A stretch of 64,000 nt of DNA from Eledone cirrhosa. Its lineage: Eukaryota. How positions within the stretch are numbered: the first letter of the stretch is position 1; the number at the start of each line of letters is the position of its first letter. Location of the stretch: assembly GCA_964016885.1 (NCBI GenBank), contig OZ024742.1, forward strand, positions 200,570,001 to 200,634,000, given 5' to 3'. Positions 58,255 to 64,000 of this stretch are shown one piece after another. Both the position numbers and the translations under genes were made by a program. The notes under the pieces are model-generated. The model was given only the letters and a program-made list of their open reading frames with translations, did not search any database and was not told where the DNA came from.

Positions 58255-58800
58255 AGACTTAGAGACATACAAAGATACAGACATACATACAAGCGTACAC
58301 ATATACATTTGTACATGTGTACGTACACACATACAAATATACAGAGATACAGGCATACACACATATAAACATACAATCGTACAAACATACATAGATATAC
58401 ACATACAAACATACAAACGTACAAACATACAGACATATATACACACACATATACACGTACAAACATACAGGCATACACACATACAAACGTACAGTCGTAC
58501 AAACATACAGACATACACACATACAAATATACAATCGTACAAACATACAGACATATACATACACACATATACACGTACAAACATACAGGCATACACACAT
58601 ACAAACGTACCGTCGTACAAACATACAGACATAGACACATACAAATATACAATCGTACAAACATACAGGCAAACACACATTCAAGCATACAAACGTACAA
58701 ACATACAGACATACACACATACAAATATACAATCGTACAAACATACAGGCAAACACACATTCAAGCATACAAACGTACAAACATACAGACATACAAACAC
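58255..58800. repeat. Minisatellite built from ACAT/ACAA-type modules
   Basis: Recurrent aatcgtacaaacatacag and aacgtacaaacatacag modules, with an 80-bp period at about 58625-58795. Confidence 0.85.
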
Positions 58801-59545
58801 ATGCATAAAAACACACAAACGTACACCAATACATACATACAACCCGACAAATACACAAACAAAAGAAACATGACGTAAGCTACTATTATATTTCTTCATC
58901 GTGTTGATTATATATTTGAGAAGAGCAATATAACAGGACAGACAAAGGAGAAACCCAGGAAAGCGTATCTACTGGACATCCTAATGAACATTTGGTAGAA
59001 AAGAGAAGACTTTTTTGTTAGTGTTTGTTGGGGGAAAAAATAATGTTTTTTTTTGTTTTTTATTTATGCGCAAAGTCAGCAATTTATGGGAAGGGAAAAT
59101 CAATTATATCGATCCCAGTACTTGACTACTGTTTTATTTTATTGACCCCAGAAGGATGAAAATCAATGTTGACCTCAACAGGATTTAAGCTCAGAAATTT
59201 GAGGCCCAGAAAAATATTCCTAAGCATTTGTCAGGGTCTTTAACGACTCTGTCTATCAACTACTCTTTCCTAATTGGCCAGTGGGGTCGAGAATATTAGG
59301 GTCAATGTAAATATACAAGGAGAGTGGGGATTTACATTTAATCGAGTATATCTTGAAGGAATAGGGCAGAACACTTGCCTATGTTGCTCTTGTTTATCAG
59401 GGTGATTCCGGAAATCTGGGGTTCTATACTTACTTATTCTGTGTGGTGCTACCCCTATTAGGGGGATTTTGTTAATAAAGATAATCATTTTCTTATTATT
59501 TGGGATTTACGAAAATTATATTTTATTATTTGTTATTCAGAAAGG

Positions 59546-59765
59546 GGCGGTGGATTGGCAGTATCGGTAGAGGGTCGGGCGCCATGCTTTGCAGCATAGA
59601 GTTACGGCCCTTTATGATCTGAGTTCAAATCCCGCTGAGGTTAACTTTGCCTTTCAACCTGACGGAATCGATAATATAATGTACCTGCCACGCATTAGGG
59701 TCGATTAAATCGACTTTCCCCTCCCCCAAAATTGCTGGCCTTGTGCCTAAATAAGAAACCATTAT
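59546..59765 (+). mobile_element. SINE family A, full-length reference copy (tRNA head plus probable Meta/MESC-like core)
   Basis: A-box tggcagtatcgg, B-box gagttcaaatcc, core and AT tail. The core family name is from memory and was not searched. Confidence 0.88.
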
Positions 59766-60378
59766 TTCTTATTCAGATAATAAATGAAAAAAAGTGGGGA
59801 AGTGGTAAAGAAAGGCAGGCCTAACTGTATAGGAAAGTAGAGGAAAGAACTATAAATGCCATAACTGAGAGGAAAAGGAGGGAAAGAGCAAGGACAGAAG
59901 AAAGAGAGGGGAAAAGAAGAGAGTGACAGCCTCTATGCTTAGAGCGGGCAGTGTTTCGGTTGCGCCCCACGGACAAAACTGCAAAGGTATTTTCGCGGAG
60001 AATGGCCAGCGGCATCGGCTGCAACAACCACCCCTCACCACGGGGCTCTTTCTTCAGAGAGGCTGCTAACGTTTCAATTTTAATCAAATTGAATAGACAA
60101 GAAAATATAATAAGATGATATAAGGGATGGTAAAAAATAGATAAATAGATAGATAAAATAATAAACGAATGAATGAAATGAATGAGAGATTGAAAGAAAG
60201 AAGACGGAAAGGAAAGTAGGTGTGGTTTGAAGAAATGAAGAAGAGTTGAAGTGAGTTAAATATAAGCAATGTTAGTGCAGCTAAGCGTGAAAACATTCCT
60301 AACGTTCGGTGTGGATTTTTCGTTAGGCAGAATTACATTTTATGTTAGATTATGTAAAAAAGAATTATTTGAATAAGG

Positions 60379-60457
<79 letters not shown>

Positions 60458-60600
60458 GTAGAGAGAGAGAGAGGGGGAGAGAGAGGAGAGAGAGTGAATA
60501 GTGTAGTTAATATAAAGCATTGTGAGATTTGTAATAAAAGACATAATTTTTTTTTTTAAGCCGGTACAATGTCGTAGAAAAATACGAAGAGCAGATGATG

Positions 60601-60732
60601 ACAAATAAAACTAAACGAAGGAAACATATGTGGAAGCTGAAAGAGAACTCTACTGAATACAACATCAGCTGGAAAATACTAGGGTATTGTAAACCCTACG
60701 TCAATGGTTCTAAGAGGTGCGGACTCTGCAAC
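60601..60732 (+). mobile_element. PLE GIY-YIG fragment
   Basis: KHMWKLKENSTEYNISWKILGYCKPYVNGSKRCGLC parallels the PLE1/PLE2 endonuclease C-terminus. Confidence 0.7.
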
Positions 60733-60936
60733 ATCATGCCTCAACTCGAGGAACGAGATATGTAAGCCATATGTACATACTCCGTATTTGATCACCAAAT
60801 ATTCAGGTACCTATTAGCTACCACGGATAACATGATCCAGGATCACAAGATAACCACACTAACCTTCTGGAAACTGAATAACGAAACATTCCAGATCAAA
60901 AATATCTGCTGCACTAACTACAAAAAATATATATGC

Positions 60937-60980
<44 letters not shown>

Positions 60981-61688
60981 AGGTAGTACAGCCTAATCGA
61001 AGCTCTGGTTGCGGTCAAGCTAACGAATGCTGTCGGGAAGTGCAGCCAGAAGCACTCAATAAGGAATTTTACCTTAGAGTTATAACATTACATTTAGACA
61101 GCTATGCAAATTGAAGCCAGCGACCGAAAAGCGAGCCGCTAGGACCAGAAAAACGAAAAAACCGACTCAGGGAAAAGTTTGACTGTTACCTGGACCATCA
61201 TGGACATATTACATAACCTTATACAACATCTCCACTAGGTTCCTGTAAATCCGAAATCAACAAAATCCATTTGCAGGGGCCTGCAAGTTAATTGGGCTTT
61301 GGAAGATAGAACAGTGGAATTTACTTCGTCTACAATTTTTCGTTCTACCTCCGCCGGTTGCAAAAACTAGTAGTAGTCACTGCTAGTAGTCACGTGGTTT
61401 TGTCGGTCAAATTCAAAATTTGAACAAAGGAATTAAATCCTTTACACAAACCTAATTAAAGCTCTCAACTAGATGTTATTAAACAAACATAAACAATTAA
61501 CCAATCAATATAATTGTCTAATTAAATTAATCAATTAATCATTAAATCTCTCTCTATATATATATATCATGAGATATAGTAATGTTGAGTGGGTGACGCC
61601 GTCAATTTTTCTCCGCCCAGGGGCTTTTATGCCCGGTTTGTTAAACTATTTTTCATAGTCATAAATATACGTTGAAGCGTCTAAACTT

Positions 61689-61823
<135 letters not shown>

Positions 61824-61868
61824 TTGAGATGGAGGGTTTGTAGTTTTTAGGAAAATAGTCAGGACCCC

Positions 61869-61922
<54 letters not shown>

Positions 61923-62371
61923 AACGTAAAATAAGAAAATTATAAAATTAACTTACTTACTAAAATATCACTTCCAACTAATTAGTTACTGGAATCAAAT
62001 AAATATATTTTCCGAAGAAGATACAGAGAAGCATTCCGTCGTCAGGGAGGTCTATTCTCATCTAAGTATCCAGGCAAAGCGTGGACACTGGAAACTTATT
62101 AAAATATATATATATATATATATATAGTTCCAAAAGTAATCCGGAGAAAAATAGAAAGATTTGAATGGATACAGTTTAGTTGAAAGGAATTTATTGACAT
62201 GTGTTTCTATAACAGTTACATAACCTGAAAACAGCTGCTATCTACAAAGTTTTAGTTATGCAGACATTCAATATTGAGACATTTGTAGATACCAGCTGTT
62301 TTCAGGTTATGTAACTGTTATAGAAACACGTGTCAATAAATTCCTTTCAACTAAACTGTATCCATTCAAAT

Positions 62372-62412
<41 letters not shown>

Positions 62413-62483
62413 AAAAGAGTTAGGACTCTAGTGTGTTATTGTCCATCTGGTTCCTGCGTTCCTTCGTTACCACACTTTCTTCG

Positions 62484-62539
<56 letters not shown>

Positions 62540-62669
62540 TTTGCTCTAAACATTACGGGCGCTCTATCTCAAAATTATTTTTGAAAAGCATTAGAAATGC
62601 GCAACCGGTTATATATATATATATCTATCTCAAAACTATTTTTGAAAAGCATTAGAAATGCGCAACCGG

Positions 62670-62709
<40 letters not shown>

Positions 62710-62717
62710 CCGGTTGC

Positions 62718-64000
62718 TACTCGAAAGTCACAGGGACCTCCTCGAAAGTCACAGGGACCTCCTCGAAAGTCACAGGGACCTCCTCGACTCTAATCGAGGA
62801 AGGCATTAACACCATATGGACTAACATCTGTGTCCAACGAAAACTGCCAAAGAAGGTAAAAAACAACATAATGACTCGAAACAGCAAATTACCCACCTTC
62901 TACCACCTGGTCAAAACACATAAACAAGGACCCGATTTGAAAATCAGGCCCATTGTCTCTAGCGTGGAGGGCCCACTCTATAAAATATCGTGGCTGCTCT
63001 CCACACTACTCAAACCTATTCTACACACACTACCAGCCCACGTCTGCAGCTCAATGGAAGTCTTGGAGCGACTACACCATCTGGCGCCCAACACCAGAAA
63101 GGACAACGGTTATGCCTTTAGTCTTGATGTGGTCTCCCTTTATACCTCCGTACCAGCATCCCCAGCTGTCGACCTGTTGACCGAACGAGTCCGAGCATCT
63201 AACCTACACTGCTTCGGACTCACACACACGGACATCCACCAACTCCTCTCCTTCGTTGTGGATAATGCACTCTTCAATTTCCTCGGCCACACGTACAAAC
63301 AAATCTCTGGGCTACCTATGGGCTCTAGTCTGTCCGGCATACTTGCGATCTCGTACATGGACCACCTGGAACGCAAGGCACTCAATACCTGCCAACCCAA
63401 CGCCGTCGCCTTCTACTCCAGATACGTTGATGATATCCTGATACTTACTTCTTCCCGGGAGATGGCGAATGAAATTCACCAAATCTTCAACGATACTGAC
63501 CAACACATCGATTTCACCATCGAACACCCGGGAGAAGACGGGTCACTCGCCCTCCTCGACTTCCGTATCAACATCTCGGAACAAGGAGACATAAACACCT
63601 CTTTCTACCGCAAAGCAGCGTGCAAGGACCTATTTGTGCATTATAACTCAGCCCTCCCCAACAACGCTAAGAGAGGCTATGTCCTAAATGAACTGACACG
63701 GATCACTAACAGATGCAGCGACCCGATGGGTGGTCTCACCCATACCACGCAATTCCGTAATCTACTCAGATCTAATGGTTATCCCAAGCGACTGATTAAC
63801 GGAATTAGAGACCCCAGACCCAGTAGACCGACACCCACTAGAAAACTTAATATTAGCAGGTGCTTCTTTAAAATCCCCCACCTGAGTGAATATACCACGA
63901 ACGCCATCCGCAGGGCCATACGTACGGAGGGACTTGACATACATTTGGCCCACACAGGACCTTCGCTGCGAAGATGCCTCTCCAACAAACCCTACGAGGC
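62718..64000 (+). mobile_element. Penelope-like element 5: uninterrupted reverse transcriptase frame, 5'-truncated, running off the window
   Basis: Missing from the ORF track because there is no stop in the window. From ATG 62871: PTFYHLVKTHK, IRPIVS, FSLDVVSLYTSVP, YKQISGLPMGSSLS, RYVDDIL, FTIE, LLDFRI, FYRK, NGYP. Confidence 0.93.

Noticed and set aside
58255-58800. CRISPR-like array
   Set aside because: No unique spacers; it is a eukaryotic minisatellite.
59546-59635. tRNA gene
   Set aside because: The A/B boxes belong to a multicopy SINE head; no cloverleaf.
59821-60087. Hydrophobic ORF as a receptor signal exon
   Set aside because: The hydrophobicity comes from a purine-rich low-complexity tract, and no exon 2 follows it.

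Overview
This is eukaryotic, AT-rich, microsatellite-saturated DNA, most likely from an octopus or related cephalopod (inferred from the SINE types and the (TA)n/(CA)n load). Nearly all ORF-track entries are translations of simple repeats. One host gene is present on the minus strand: a nicotinic acetylcholine receptor alpha subunit. Four exons can be spliced by eye (38219-38175, 31071-30962, 28458-27429, 25766-25593); exons 1-2 were not found and probably lie beyond base 64000. The rest is mobile DNA: at least five Penelope-like element (PLE) pieces of three types (one with an uninterrupted RT frame running off the right edge), PLE-type hammerhead ribozymes (canonical and U3-A8 covariant cores), many fold-back modules embedded in (TA)n, tRNA-derived SINEs, LINE 3' ends, a small Helitron and a hAT MITE with an 8-bp TSD. 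Repeat boundaries are approximate and read by eye; no database search was run.
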